Source: Candidatus Omnitrophota bacterium
GTDB lineage: Bacteria; Omnitrophota; Gorgyraeia; S143-82
Assembly (NCBI GenBank): GCA_015494465.1
Contig: WGBD01000006.1
Span: forward strand, 10,431-74,430
Direction of reading: 5' to 3'
Length of the DNA: 64,000 bases
The notes under the pieces are model-generated. The model was not told where the DNA came from, did not search any database, and saw only the letters and a program-made list of their open reading frames with translations. Shown here piece after piece: positions 36,957 through 47,670 of this stretch (within the stretch, counting starts at the first letter, position 1; each line of letters begins with the position of its first letter). The position numbers were made by a program, and so were the translations under genes.

Positions 36957-37471
36957 CCCTCTCCCCCCGATGCCTCCTGGGCCTCAAGGGCCTTTATCTC
37001 GTCCCGCAGACGGGCTGCCTCCTCAAAGGCCTCGGATTCTATGGCCTTCTGGAGCTCCTTGCGCAGTTCCACCAAACGCATCCTCCTCTGCACGGACTGC
37101 GCCACCTTCCTGGGATGCTTGCCCGTGTGCTGACTGGAGCCGTGGATGTTCTTTAACAACGGGACCAGGTAGTCCTTGAAGGCCTCGTAGCACTCACTGC
37201 ACCCCAATCTGCCCATCTTCCTGAACTCCCGATAAGAAAGCCCGCACCCGGGACATACGAGCTCCTCGGTCTTCTCCGCCCCGCCGGACTTCTTCTCCGG
37301 AGCGATACCGCCCAGAAAGACTTGAAACCCTATCGGCACCTGCATCTGGGAGGCCTTTTCCTGAGCACAGCTCTCGCAGAGGTGCATCTCCACCACCTGA
37401 CCGTTGACTATCTCGGTCAGATGGACGGTTGCCTCGTTTTTATTGCATATGTCGCAAAGCATAACTATCAC
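36953..37471 (-). CDS. mcsA: McsA zinc-finger/UVR activator of McsB
   Basis: Four CxxC motifs, GRLGC..CY, HG...H.GK.P, UVR domain (FEEAARLRDEI). Confidence 0.95.
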   Translation of the reverse strand: MIVMLCDICNKNEATVHLTEIVNGQVVEMHLCESCAQEKASQMQVPIGFQVFLGGIAPEKKSGGAEKTEELVCPGCGLSYREFRKMGRLGCSECYEAFKDYLVPLLKNIHGSSQHTGKHPRKVAQSVQRRMRLVELRKELQKAIESEAFEEAARLRDEIKALEAQEASGGEG

Positions 37472-37486
37472 CCACCTGTCCGAACC

Positions 37487-37521
37487 CGGGAATCCCGATG
37501 AGACCTTTTTCCATTATACCA
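37487..37521 (-). promoter_or_regulatory. Extended -10 promoter plus 11-bp palindrome upstream of mcsA
   Basis: TGgTATAAT (TATAAT at 37518-37513); CGGGAATCCCG at 37487-37497. Confidence 0.5.
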
Positions 37522-37522
37522 C

Positions 37523-38701
37523 CTATACCAGGCGATAGAACCTCTTCTTGCCTACCTTAAGGATGCCTTTGTCCCGAGAGGAAAGGCGATAAAAGGGATC
37601 GGTAATCTTCCTCCCTTCTATCTGGACGCCTCCTTGGCTTATCAGCCTGCGCCCCGCATTCTTGCTCTCCACCAACCCGTGCTTCACCAAGAACTCCAGT
37701 ATAGGCACCTCTTCCAGAGACAACTCCGGGGCGGAACTCGGGGCCTCTTTCTTGGAGAAGACCCGCTCGAACTCCTCCCTTTCCCGATTCGCCGCCTCCT
37801 CCCCGTGGAACCTGCGCACCATCAACCAGGCCAGTCTCAACTTGGCATCCCTGGGGTGCATCCTCTTTACCTCGTCTATGTCCTCGTCGGTGAGCAATTC
37901 GTAGTAGCGGTACATCAACTCGTCGGATATAGACATCAACTTCCCGAACATCTCCTTGGGAGGTTCGTTCACCCCCACATAATTGCCCAACGACTTGGAC
38001 ATCTTCTGCTTGCCGTCCAGACCCTCCAGAAGGGGCAGGGTGATTATCACCTGAGGCTCCTGACCGAAGGCCTCCTGCATTGCCCTTCCGACCAGGAGGT
38101 TGAACTTCTGATCGGTCCCGCCGAGCTCCACATCCGCCCTCACCATAACCGAGTCGTACCCCTGGATGAGGGGATACAAGAGCTCCAATACCGTGATCGG
38201 CAGACCCTCTTTGTAGCGCTTGGAGAAGTCGTCCCTCTCCAGGAGCCTTGCCACCGTGTAGTTCATCGCTATCTTGGAGAATTCACTCAGGGTCATCTTT
38301 TCGTACCACTGGCTGTTGAAGAGCATCTCCGTCTTATCGGGATCCAGTATCTTGAAGGCCTGCTCGGTATAGGTGCGGGCGTTTCTTTCTACCTCTTCGG
38401 CAGACAAGGGCTTACGCATCTCGTTCCTCCCGGTGGGATCGCCGATGCGGGCAGTGAAGTCACCTATGAGAAAGACCACCGTGTGTCCCAGATCCTGAAA
38501 CTGCCTCAACTTCTGGAGGAGGACCGTATGGCCCAAGTGAATGTCTTCCGCGGTCGGATCAAATCCCGCCTTTATCCGAAGGGGGCGACCTTCGGACAAC
38601 TTCTTCCTCAACTGATCCTCGGGGATTATCTCGACGACACCCCTCTTTATGATCTCTATCTGCTCATCTACCGGTCTCACCTTGGGCCCCCTGTACGGCA
38701 A
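37523..38701 (-). CDS. tyrS: Tyrosine-tRNA ligase
   Basis: [34 protein letters not shown]-terminal S4 domain. Confidence 0.97.
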   Translation of the reverse strand: MPYRGPKVRPVDEQIEIIKRGVVEIIPEDQLRKKLSEGRPLRIKAGFDPTAEDIHLGHTVLLQKLRQFQDLGHTVVFLIGDFTARIGDPTGRNEMRKPLSAEEVERNARTYTEQAFKILDPDKTEMLFNSQWYEKMTLSEFSKIAMNYTVARLLERDDFSKRYKEGLPITVLELLYPLIQGYDSVMVRADVELGGTDQKFNLLVGRAMQEAFGQEPQVIITLPLLEGLDGKQKMSKSLGNYVGVNEPPKEMFGKLMSISDELMYRYYELLTDEDIDEVKRMHPRDAKLRLAWLMVRRFHGEEAANREREEFERVFSKKEAPSSAPELSLEEVPILEFLVKHGLVESKNAGRRLISQGGVQIEGRKITDPFYRLSSRDKGILKVGKKRFYRLV

Positions 38702-39500
38702 CTACCTTTATCCCCAACCTATCCGCGGATCTGACGACCCGCTCCTTATCCAGGATTATCGTTTTGCCCGCCTCTACTGCAAGGACGCTTGCCCGGGCAA
38801 GGGCCATCACCTTGATAGTTCTCATGCCCACGACCGGCACATCAAACCGCAAATCCTGCCTGGGTTTGCTCATCTTCACCACCACCGCCCCCGGCACGAG
38901 CAACCCTGCCCTCATGATACAGCGGTTCGTCCCCTCAAAGGCCTCCACTGCAAGTACCGTTCGGTTCTTGACCACCACCGTCTGGCCTATGTCCAGATCC
39001 CCCATACGCTGGGCTATATCCCGGCCGAAGTACACATCCTGCCACTGTTCGTCCTCGGGAGCAGAACGGGTGAGCGTTCCCACCCGAGCCATGTAGGCGT
39101 CCATAAAGCTGGTAGAGGGAATGAACTCCACCCCCTCCTGTTCTATCCGCTGTATCACCGCCGTGAACACCGTATCAGCTCTGCGGTCCTTGATCTTCTC
39201 CAGAAGGGTCTTTATCTCCAGGTCGAGGAACATGCGCGGGTCAAATATGCTAAAGGGGTTTATCTGTCCCGCCATCACCATCTTTCTAACCCCTGATCCC
39301 CGTATCGCCTCGAGGAGAGAGCTAAAATCGTATACATTAAACCAGAAAATCCTATCCACGAACCTGCGGATCTTCGGAGAGGTGTTACCCTTGATAGCAA
39401 AGCATACTACTTCCACACCCTTGCTCTTGGCGGATTGGGCCCAAAGGATCGGGAACCTCCCACTGCCCGCTATCAATCCTATGCGGTCCTTCCCCGACAT
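38664..39500 (-). CDS. lpxI: UDP-2,3-diacylglucosamine diphosphatase LpxI
   Basis: [37 protein letters not shown]. Confidence 0.92.
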   Translation of the reverse strand: MSGKDRIGLIAGSGRFPILWAQSAKSKGVEVVCFAIKGNTSPKIRRFVDRIFWFNVYDFSSLLEAIRGSGVRKMVMAGQINPFSIFDPRMFLDLEIKTLLEKIKDRRADTVFTAVIQRIEQEGVEFIPSTSFMDAYMARVGTLTRSAPEDEQWQDVYFGRDIAQRMGDLDIGQTVVVKNRTVLAVEAFEGTNRCIMRAGLLVPGAVVVKMSKPRQDLRFDVPVVGMRTIKVMALARASVLAVEAGKTIILDKERVVRSADRLGIKVVAVQGAQGETGR

Positions 39501-40267
39501 ACCCCTCTCCGGGACTCTAACACGAAGGAGACGATCTTCTCCGCGTAAGGATTTCCGGGAAAGCTCTTTTTCACTATCTCGATCCCCTCGCTCCGACTGT
39601 GGCCGGAGAAAAAGAGAATGGAGTAGATCTTCCTTATTACCTCTATGTCCTGGCTAGAGAAGCCGGCCCGCTTAAGCCCTACCCGATTTATAGAATATAT
39701 CCTAGCGGGATGGCCGTCTGCCATTGCGTAGGGAGGGACATCCTGGACCACCTTGGAACAACCGCCGAGTATGGCGTAATCGCCTACCTTCACGAACTGG
39801 TGGATCGCGGTAAGCCCTCCTATAACTACCCTATCTCCGATCTCCACATGACCGGCCAATGTTCCGACATTTGCGATTATACAGTTGTTCCCTATCCGGC
39901 AGTCGTGGGCCACATGGACATAGGCCATCAAGAGATTGTTATTCCCTATAACCGTTTTACCGGTAGCGGATGTACCAGGATTTATCATGGCAAACTCACG
40001 GATGACATTGTTTTTACCTATGTAAAGGTAGGTCTCTTCGCCAGAATACTTGAGATCCTGTGGGGGGGTACCCAACACCGAATGGCTGAATATCCGCGTA
40101 CCCTCCTCTACGACGGTATTCCCGCAGATGTGGACATGAGGCCCCACCTCGACCCTGTCTCCCAAGGTAACCCCATCCTCTACGACCGCGTAAGGCCCTA
40201 TGGATACATCTATTCCGATCTTAGCCCTTGGGGAGACGACTGCTGTGGGATGTATCCGAACTCCCAT
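39479..40267 (-). CDS. lpxA: UDP-N-acetylglucosamine acyltransferase
   Basis: IHPTAVV, PQDLKY, HVAHDC, LAGHV, HQF; hexapeptide repeats. Confidence 0.96.
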   Translation of the reverse strand: MGVRIHPTAVVSPRAKIGIDVSIGPYAVVEDGVTLGDRVEVGPHVHICGNTVVEEGTRIFSHSVLGTPPQDLKYSGEETYLYIGKNNVIREFAMINPGTSATGKTVIGNNNLLMAYVHVAHDCRIGNNCIIANVGTLAGHVEIGDRVVIGGLTAIHQFVKVGDYAILGGCSKVVQDVPPYAMADGHPARIYSINRVGLKRAGFSSQDIEVIRKIYSILFFSGHSRSEGIEIVKKSFPGNPYAEKIVSFVLESRRGVCRGRTA

Positions 40268-41586
40268 CAGTCAACTATGGCAAACATCAACTCCGCCTCA
40301 GCAACCACCTTATCTTCCACCCGAGCGATGCCCTGCAGCTGGCCGGTTCGGGACCTCACCCTCAACACCTCGGTCTCTATCTCCAGAACATCGCCGGGAA
40401 GGACCGGCTTGCGGAACTTCACATTGTTTATACCCATGAAGTAGGCAATCTTGCCCTTGTGCTTGGGATCGGAGAGCATCAACACCCCTCCCACCTGGGC
40501 CATCGCCTCTATTATCAACACGCCGGGCATAACCGGGCGCCCTGGAAAGTGCCCGACGAAGAAGTACTCGTTCATAGTAACGCTCTTGACGCCGATCGCC
40601 TTCTTGCCTTCCTCCATGTATATTATCCTGTCTACCAACAAGAAGGGATACCTATGGGGCAGGATCTTCATTATGTCGGTCACCTCTAGGACATCCTGTC
40701 CCCGGGGATCGAATTCGGATATGGCCCTCAAGGCAGCCTGCTCCGCACGCTCCTTCTGCCTGTACAGCTTCTCTACGAGCTGTATGTTCACATAGTGTCC
40801 GCTCTTGATAGCGACGATGTGGGCCTTAAGCCCGCAACCCAAGAGAGAAAGATCCCCTAGTAGGTCCAGTATCTTGTGTCTGACGAACTCGTCCTCAAAC
40901 CTCAGCGTGTTCTCCTTTACCCCAGTCTCGCATATCACTAATGTATTGCTATAATCCGCACCCTTGCCAAGGCCTATCTTGCGCAGTTCCTCCGCTTCCC
41001 GCTCCAGACAGAAGGTGCGCCCCAAAGCCACCTGCTCTACGAATGTCTCTGGCGTTATCTCCAAGCTCATGTACTGGGTGCCGAGGTAGGTATCGGGATA
41101 GGAAAGCGTATAAGAGACCTTGAGACCATTGTAGGGCAAGGCGACGATGGTGATCCCGCTACCACTGTCCACATAAACCGGATCTCGAACAGCAAATTCC
41201 TGCTTCTTTGCGGACTGCTCCTCTATCCCCGCAGACTGGATCAGCTCAACGAACGGATAGGTACTGCCGTCCAGGCCTGGAACTTCCATCCCATCCAGCT
41301 CCACATAGGCATTGTCGATTCCCAGCCCGTAAAAGGCAGACATGAGGTGCTCTATAGTGTGGACCTCCACGCCGTCTCGAGCGATAGCGGTGCGCCTAGG
41401 TGCCCTCTGATAATTCAAGACATGATCTATTCTCGCAGGGATCTTGAGAGAGGGGTTGACATCTACCCTTATAAAGTTTATTCCCTCGTTCTCAGGGGCC
41501 GGCTTTATGGTCAAGCGGACCTTCTCTCCGGAATGCAGTCCAACCCCTTCTATACTTACTGGTTTGGCTACGGTCTTTTGATTCAT
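40267..41586 (-). CDS. lpxC/fabZ: Bifunctional LpxC/FabZ
   Basis: GVGLHSG, TIEHLMSA, HKILD (LpxC); LPHRYPFLLVD, GHFP..PVMPGVLIIEAMAQ (FabZ). Confidence 0.96.
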   Translation of the reverse strand: MNQKTVAKPVSIEGVGLHSGEKVRLTIKPAPENEGINFIRVDVNPSLKIPARIDHVLNYQRAPRRTAIARDGVEVHTIEHLMSAFYGLGIDNAYVELDGMEVPGLDGSTYPFVELIQSAGIEEQSAKKQEFAVRDPVYVDSGSGITIVALPYNGLKVSYTLSYPDTYLGTQYMSLEITPETFVEQVALGRTFCLEREAEELRKIGLGKGADYSNTLVICETGVKENTLRFEDEFVRHKILDLLGDLSLLGCGLKAHIVAIKSGHYVNIQLVEKLYRQKERAEQAALRAISEFDPRGQDVLEVTDIMKILPHRYPFLLVDRIIYMEEGKKAIGVKSVTMNEYFFVGHFPGRPVMPGVLIIEAMAQVGGVLMLSDPKHKGKIAYFMGINNVKFRKPVLPGDVLEIETEVLRVRSRTGQLQGIARVEDKVVAEAELMFAIVD

Positions 41587-41608
41587 ACCTCAGATCTCCG
41601 TTGCTTAA

Positions 41609-42703
41609 TTACTTCGAATGCGCCTTCTGAGTGAGCTCTTTAATCTGCTCTTCCAGCTGTTGCACCCGCTTCATGAGCTTTTCCACGGTCTTTTTGATGT
41701 CAGGCAGGGATGGTATAGAGGCTATTATTCTCTTGGCCAGGCTTATCGGCCGGGCAGGAGAACCCAGGACCACCGAACCCGGCGGAACCGACTTGGTCAC
41801 CCCTGACTGGGCCCCAACTATGGCACCGTCCCCTATGGAGATGTGGCCCACCACACCGGTCTGTCCTGCCAAGATCACGCCATTGCCTATCACCGTACTC
41901 CCCGATATACCAGTCTGGGCCACGATGATGGCGTTCTCACCGATAATAACATTGTGGGCTATCTGGACCAGGTTATCGATCTTGGTCCCCTTACCGATAA
42001 GGGTCTTATCAAACCGGGCCCGATCTATAGTGACATTCGCCCCTATCTCCACATCGTCCTCTATCACCACCGTCCCTATCTGGGGTATCCTATGGTGCAC
42101 CCCTTTCACCGTCGCGAACCCAAAACCATCGCTCCCGATGACCGTCCCGCTGTGGATAATGACCCGGTTGCCTATCGTTATCCTTTCCCTTATCGAGACA
42201 TTCGGATAAATAAGGCATCCCGAACCGATCTTCGTATCGTGGCCTATGTAGGTACCTGCGTAGATAATGGTATCGTCCCCTATCTCGACATTCTTTTCTA
42301 TAACCACATAGGCCCCTATGGCCACATTCTTGCCCAACTTCACATTTTCCCCAATGATAGCGGTTGGGTGTATTCCCTTGGGATGATCCACCTCTTGAGG
42401 GAACCAGTGCTCCACCAATCTAGCAAAAGCCAAGGACGGGTTATCGGTCAGTATAAGCGTCTTGTCCGTCTCGGGCAGTTTCATACTGGGGGAGGTGATT
42501 ATCACCGATGCCTTGGTGGTCTCCAGAAGATGGGCGTACTTTTCGTTGGCCAGGAAGGTGACATCGCCCTCGACTGCCTCTTTGATCCCCGATATCCCGC
42601 TAACCTCGACCTCGGGATCTCCCACGACCTTGCCGGAGACGATCTCTGCTATCTCCTTGGCCTTTATCCTCCTGGGTAAGACTTCACTACCCACCATAGT
42701 CAA
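41609..42703 (-). CDS. lpxD: UDP-3-O-acyl-glucosamine N-acyltransferase
   Basis: IGSDGFGF, IPQIG.V.IEDDVEIGAN.TIDR, KIDNLVQIAHN. Confidence 0.96.
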   Translation of the reverse strand: MTMVGSEVLPRRIKAKEIAEIVSGKVVGDPEVEVSGISGIKEAVEGDVTFLANEKYAHLLETTKASVIITSPSMKLPETDKTLILTDNPSLAFARLVEHWFPQEVDHPKGIHPTAIIGENVKLGKNVAIGAYVVIEKNVEIGDDTIIYAGTYIGHDTKIGSGCLIYPNVSIRERITIGNRVIIHSGTVIGSDGFGFATVKGVHHRIPQIGTVVIEDDVEIGANVTIDRARFDKTLIGKGTKIDNLVQIAHNVIIGENAIIVAQTGISGSTVIGNGVILAGQTGVVGHISIGDGAIVGAQSGVTKSVPPGSVVLGSPARPISLAKRIIASIPSLPDIKKTVEKLMKRVQQLEEQIKELTQKAHSK

Positions 42704-42721
42704 TTCCTTTACTAGGTCGTC

Positions 42722-43231
42722 CTACTTCTTGTTCTTGGAATACCTTTCGTTCAGTATCTTTATGATGTCCTCGGTCACATCGTACCCTTCTCCGGCGTAC
42801 AAAAGCATGTCCCCGTTCAGTATTATGTCAAAGGAGTGCTCCTTGGCGTATTCATTTATCACCGCCTTTACATCCGAGAGGATGTCCTTCATAAACTTCT
42901 GCCGTTGGCGATCTATGTTCTGCATCGCCTCCAACTGGGCTGACCTCAGCTCTCTCTCTTTCTGCCGATACTCCTCTATCTTCTTGGCCCTCTCCTTTTC
43001 TCCTACCACTTCCAAAGAGGCCTTTATCTTGTCCATCTCTGCCTTCAGATCCCTGAGTTTTTTCTGTACCTCGTTGCGCTTTTCCATCAGTTGTTGATCG
43101 TACTCTATGGTCTTCTTATAAGAATCGAATGCCTTCCGCAAGTACACCACTCCTATCTTAAGTTCGCCTGCGAAGGACGGAAAGGTTGAGGTAAAGCACA
43201 CCACCAACAAACTCATTAAGACCTTCTTCAT
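42722..43231 (-). CDS. skp: Periplasmic chaperone Skp/OmpH
   Basis: Signal peptide, KIGVV, coiled coil, DVT..II; between bamA and lpxD. Confidence 0.88.
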   Translation of the reverse strand: MKKVLMSLLVVCFTSTFPSFAGELKIGVVYLRKAFDSYKKTIEYDQQLMEKRNEVQKKLRDLKAEMDKIKASLEVVGEKERAKKIEEYRQKERELRSAQLEAMQNIDRQRQKFMKDILSDVKAVINEYAKEHSFDIILNGDMLLYAGEGYDVTEDIIKILNERYSKNKK

Positions 43232-43287
43232 AAGCTGCCTCCTTATTTAAATCTTGATTTTACCACAAGGCCCCTCGTTTTCCCAGC

Positions 43288-45597
43288 CTAAAAACCCCGG
43301 GAGACGCTGAAGTGGACATGCCCCTCCTTTTTATCCGTACCCGGCTCAGTCTTGAGGGGGTAGCCGTAGTCCAACTTCATAGGGCCGAAAGGCGTCTTCA
43401 CCCTGATCCCAACGCCAACGCTGTAGTACAGATCGCCTGAAAGAAAGTCGTCACACTCTGCCCAGACATTTCCGAAGTCAAAGAAGGTAGCTAGCTTCAG
43501 ATACTCCATCAACGGGATGGTGTACTCTATGTTCCCTACCAGCAAGGATTCCCCACCGACTGGATCTCCGGTATTGGGATCCAGAGGTGACACCTTCCTC
43601 TCCCTGTAGCCCCTTATGGTGTAGGCACCGCCGGCAAAGAACCTCTCGTATATCGGCACCCAATCGGAATCATCGTAATTGTCTTCCAGTCCTACCCTCA
43701 ACCTAAAGGAAAGCACATTATCCTCGCCTATAAACGGCATATAATATCTGGCATCCATAAAGAAACGATAAAAGTCCTTATCACCGGAAAGGATCCCTCC
43801 TGCCAGATCGGTAGACAGGCTCAAGTAGTACCCGCTGTGGGGAGAGAATATGTTGTCCCGATGGTCGTCCGTCCACTTCAGACCCAACATGCGCAGATCG
43901 TTCGAGCCCTCTTCCCTCTTCAACTCTTCACTAGCGGAATCGGATATGTCGGTGATGTCCACCGTCTCTATCTTCAGATTGCCGTCTATACGGGTATATT
44001 CCCCTAAGGCCTTGCCCAAACGCAGGTTCACACCTTTGCGCTCTTCGTCGTAACTGTACCCTACATCCGTCTCCCTATCGTGGCTCCTGCGATACAGGTC
44101 AAAACCCGCAGATATCGGCCTGTCAAACAGCCACGGCTCGGTAAAACTCAACCAATAATCCTCCACATCCGAGCCCTTCTCGTACATTACCGAAAGTTTC
44201 TGCCCCCCTCCGGTAAACCTGGGCCAGTTGGTGATGTCGAAGTTGTTCTGGGATATCCGAATAAACCCGACGAACTTATCCACCGTGCTGTATCCGGCCC
44301 CAAAGGAGAACTCTCCCGTTTCCTTCTCCTTCACCCTCACGATAAGGTCCTTTTTCTGGGGATCGTCAGTATCCTTTATGTCGTAATCCACCTTTTCGAA
44401 GTATCCCAGATTCATCAGGCGCTGGAGACTCCGGCGGAGTTTTGCCCCGTTGAAGACATCACCGGGATAGATACGCAGTTCTCGCCGGATCACCTTGTCC
44501 TTCGTCTTCACATTGCCCTTTATTACTATCCTGCGCACATAGACTACAGAGCCTTCTTTCACCTCAAAGGTCAGATCTACCGTCCCCCGGGAAGGATCTA
44601 CCGAAGGCAAGGGAATAACCTTGGTATATATGTATCCATCTTCAAAGTACCTGTCCTGGATCCTGCTGGCATCCCGCTCGGTCTTGTAGGGATCAAAGGG
44701 CTCACCCACCTTCGTTTTGACCTTGCTCAAGAGCTCCTCTTTGCCTATCTTGGTATTACCGACTACATCTATTGAAGAAACCACATACTGCCTTCCCTCT
44801 TTAATAAAGATCTCCAAGATCTTGTCTCCCGGCCGTCTCGCAGGCAGGAGATCGTAATTCACTTCGACATCCAGATAACCGTGAGATATGTAAAAGTCCC
44901 TTATCCTCTCCATGTCCTCTTTTAATCTCTCTTCGGAAACCGCTCCAGAATTCCACAAAGAGGCCTTCTTGGTCTCGAGTAACTTTATAATATGCCCAGG
45001 CTTAAAGGCGTGTGCCCCTTTTACCACTATCTTCACGATCCTCTCCCTGGTGCCCTCGTTTATCTTTATCACCAGATCGCTCTCTTTCCTTCCAGGTAGG
45101 GGAAGGAGTTCGTAGGTAACTTTGACATCATTGTAACCCTTTGCCCGATACAGCTCTTCTATAGCGGTAATAGAATCCTTGAGCTTTCTCTCGTCAAAAA
45201 ACTCCCCTGGCTTCAACAGAATCTGTTCCAAGATCTTCTTACGAGGGATCCGTTTATTACCGCGCACTATTATCTTTCTAATCGCGGTCCTTTCTTTCAC
45301 CTTCACTACCAGCTTGACCCCACCGTCGACCTCCACCGGATCTATCTCCACATCAGAAAAGAATCCGGTGGCAAAGAGCGACTTTATGTCCTGGGATACA
45401 TACGCCGGATTGTAGACCTCGCCTACCCTGCTCTTCATCCGGTTGAGGATGGAAGTGTCGCTTATGGTCTCGTTACCCACGATCTCAATAGACTTGATGA
45501 TCTTGTTCTCCTCAGCGAAGAGATACATAGGTAAGACGGCCAAGGTCAAGGCACAAAAAAATAGAAAGATCTTGGGCGTTAGATGTAGTCTAGCCAT
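43288..45597 (-). CDS. bamA: Outer-membrane protein assembly factor BamA
   Basis: Five POTRA-like repeats, GN.KTKD.VIRRE, GG..TIRGY, TPFGPMKLD, terminal Phe. Confidence 0.96.
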   Translation of the reverse strand: MARLHLTPKIFLFFCALTLAVLPMYLFAEENKIIKSIEIVGNETISDTSILNRMKSRVGEVYNPAYVSQDIKSLFATGFFSDVEIDPVEVDGGVKLVVKVKERTAIRKIIVRGNKRIPRKKILEQILLKPGEFFDERKLKDSITAIEELYRAKGYNDVKVTYELLPLPGRKESDLVIKINEGTRERIVKIVVKGAHAFKPGHIIKLLETKKASLWNSGAVSEERLKEDMERIRDFYISHGYLDVEVNYDLLPARRPGDKILEIFIKEGRQYVVSSIDVVGNTKIGKEELLSKVKTKVGEPFDPYKTERDASRIQDRYFEDGYIYTKVIPLPSVDPSRGTVDLTFEVKEGSVVYVRRIVIKGNVKTKDKVIRRELRIYPGDVFNGAKLRRSLQRLMNLGYFEKVDYDIKDTDDPQKKDLIVRVKEKETGEFSFGAGYSTVDKFVGFIRISQNNFDITNWPRFTGGGQKLSVMYEKGSDVEDYWLSFTEPWLFDRPISAGFDLYRRSHDRETDVGYSYDEERKGVNLRLGKALGEYTRIDGNLKIETVDITDISDSASEELKREEGSNDLRMLGLKWTDDHRDNIFSPHSGYYLSLSTDLAGGILSGDKDFYRFFMDARYYMPFIGEDNVLSFRLRVGLEDNYDDSDWVPIYERFFAGGAYTIRGYRERKVSPLDPNTGDPVGGESLLVGNIEYTIPLMEYLKLATFFDFGNVWAECDDFLSGDLYYSVGVGIRVKTPFGPMKLDYGYPLKTEPGTDKKEGHVHFSVSRGF

Positions 45598-45613
45598 AAT
45601 ACCCCCCTCTCGC

Positions 45614-46957
45614 TCATACACTATATTCTACCGCAAGATTCTCAAATCGGGCATATTCTTTTATGAATGCCAACTTTACGGTCCCAGTTGGACCGTTACG
45701 GTGCTTGGCGACTATCAACTCCGCCAGATTCTTGTTGTCCTCACGGGGGTAATAGTACTCCTCACGCATCAGCATTATCACCAGATCCGCATCCTGCTCT
45801 AGGGACCCAGATTCCCTCAAGTCAGACAACCTCGGCCTTTTATCCTCCCTCTTCTCCACCTCCCGGGACAGCTGACTTACCGCTATGACCGGGACATTCA
45901 ACTCCTTGGCCAAAAGTTTTAAAGAACGGGAGATCTGGGATATCTCTTGTTGTCTGCTCTCCACCCTGCCAAACCCCTTCATAATCTGGAGATAATCCAC
46001 GATGATAAGCCCGATGTCGTACCGGTTTTTCATTCTCCTTGCCTTGGCCCGCAACTCCAACACCGAGATCCCACTGCTGTCGTCTATGTACAGCGGCGCT
46101 TCAGACAGTTTTCCCGCTGCCATGGTAAGCTTGGGCCAATCGGAGTGGGAGAGGAACCCGGTCCTGACCTTGTGGGCATCAACCCTTGCCAGAGAGCAGA
46201 CTATCCTCTGGACTATCTGTTCCGAGGACATCTCTATGCTGAAGAAGGCAACCGGTATTTTCTTCTCCACCGCCACATATTCCGCTATGGTGGTCACCAA
46301 AGCGCTCTTCCCCATTGACGGACGCGCTGCTACTATTATCAGATCGCCGGGATGGAGCCCTGAAGTCAACTTATCCAACTCCGTCAATCCGGTGGGTATG
46401 CCGGTGACCGTCTCCTGCCGGCGATAGAGGTCGTCTATGCGGGCGATCACCTGCTTGACTATGTCCCCAACCCGAAAGACCTCCCTACCCCTCTCCTTCT
46501 CCTGGGCGATCTCGAAAATCATCTTCTCAGCCTCGTCCAAGAGGTCCGAGGCGTCCACATCGGTCTGATAGGCCTTTCCCGCTATGACATCTGCCCCCTT
46601 GATGAGTTCCCTCAAGATAAACTTGTCCCTGACGATGTCCGCGTAGTGCTTTACATTGGAGGCAGCGGGGACCACATTGGCGATATCGCTGAGATACTCT
46701 ATCCCCCCTACCGTATCCAATTCGCCCTTGTCCCTGAGGAGGGAACTGACCGTTACCAGATCGATAGGCCTATCCTGTAGGAAGAGCTCCTTTATTGCCG
46801 AGAATATCTTCTGATGGATCGGGGAATAGAAACTGTAGGTGTCCAGTAATTCCAAAGCGATGCTAACCGCTTCGGAATCCAGAAGCATCGCCCCCAATAC
46901 AGCCCTCTCCGCCTCAAGGTCTTGAGGGGGTATCTTCAGTGGGCTGGTAGAACTCAT
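45614..46957 (-). CDS. dnaB: Replicative DNA helicase
   Basis: PPQDLEAE, AARPSMGKS, DYLQIM, SQLSR, DLRESGSLEQDAD, KHRNG. Confidence 0.98.
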   Translation of the reverse strand: MSSTSPLKIPPQDLEAERAVLGAMLLDSEAVSIALELLDTYSFYSPIHQKIFSAIKELFLQDRPIDLVTVSSLLRDKGELDTVGGIEYLSDIANVVPAASNVKHYADIVRDKFILRELIKGADVIAGKAYQTDVDASDLLDEAEKMIFEIAQEKERGREVFRVGDIVKQVIARIDDLYRRQETVTGIPTGLTELDKLTSGLHPGDLIIVAARPSMGKSALVTTIAEYVAVEKKIPVAFFSIEMSSEQIVQRIVCSLARVDAHKVRTGFLSHSDWPKLTMAAGKLSEAPLYIDDSSGISVLELRAKARRMKNRYDIGLIIVDYLQIMKGFGRVESRQQEISQISRSLKLLAKELNVPVIAVSQLSREVEKREDKRPRLSDLRESGSLEQDADLVIMLMREEYYYPREDNKNLAELIVAKHRNGPTGTVKLAFIKEYARFENLAVEYSV

Positions 46958-47400
46958 TTACGGACAACCCACACCTTTAGAACCGCTTTGACTTCCGGAT
47001 GTAACTGTATCTCTACGTCGTATATGCCGAGTTTCTTTATCGGGGTGGGCAGGACCACCCAGTCCTTGTCTATCTCTATCCCCTCCTGCCTGAGGGCCTC
47101 GGCTATGTGGGCCTCGGTTATACTGCCGTAAAGGGTATCCTCTTCATTGGCATCTGCCACGATGTTGACCGACAGGGATCCTATCTTTTGGGCGAGTTCT
47201 TCGTATCTGGCCTTCTCCCTGGCAAGTTGCTTTTCCCTGCGCCTCTTTTCCTCCTCCCATATCCTCAGATTTTCTTTGGTGGCCAGATAGGCATAGCCCT
47301 TGGGTATGAGGTAATTGCGGGCGTATCCATCCTTGACCTTTACCACATCCCCCGCCTTACCGAGGTTCCTTACATCCCTTCTCAATATCACCTCAGCCAT
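46954..47400 (-). CDS. rplI: 50S ribosomal protein L9
   Basis: LGKAGDVVKVKDGYARNYLIP, LYGSI. Confidence 0.97.
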   Translation of the reverse strand: MAEVILRRDVRNLGKAGDVVKVKDGYARNYLIPKGYAYLATKENLRIWEEEKRRREKQLAREKARYEELAQKIGSLSVNIVADANEEDTLYGSITEAHIAEALRQEGIEIDKDWVVLPTPIKKLGIYDVEIQLHPEVKAVLKVWVVRK

Positions 47401-47415
47401 CGCTATCGCCTCCTC

Positions 47416-47652
47416 TTATCGCCTGACGAAAGGGAGTAGTGCAAGGATCCGGGCGTTCTTTATGGCATTGGCAAGCCTGCGCTGGTGCTTTGCACAGGCG
47501 CCACTGCTCCTGCGGGTAACGATCTTTGCCTTCTCGTTGATGTACCTCTGGAGCAATTCTACATTCTTATAATCTATGACCAACGATGGATCCTTGCAAA
47601 ACGGGCATTCCTTTTTCTTCAAAGGCTTCTTGGCCTTCTTTTTCTTCGCCAT
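47416..47652 (-). CDS. rpsR: 30S ribosomal protein S18 (zinc-binding form)
   Basis: CPFC, IDYKN, CAKHQR, AR..ALLPF. Confidence 0.96.
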   Translation of the reverse strand: MAKKKKAKKPLKKKECPFCKDPSLVIDYKNVELLQRYINEKAKIVTRRSSGACAKHQRRLANAIKNARILALLPFVRR

Positions 47653-47670
47653 ACCGACATCCCTCCTCGT

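Noticed and set aside
37499-37505. TGAGAC half-site upstream of mcsA as a fifth repeat copy
   Set aside because: Only 6 bp match and there is no second arm.
14778-41586. SecDF and LpxC-FabZ fusions as novelties
   Set aside because: Both are well-known fusions in several bacterial lineages.
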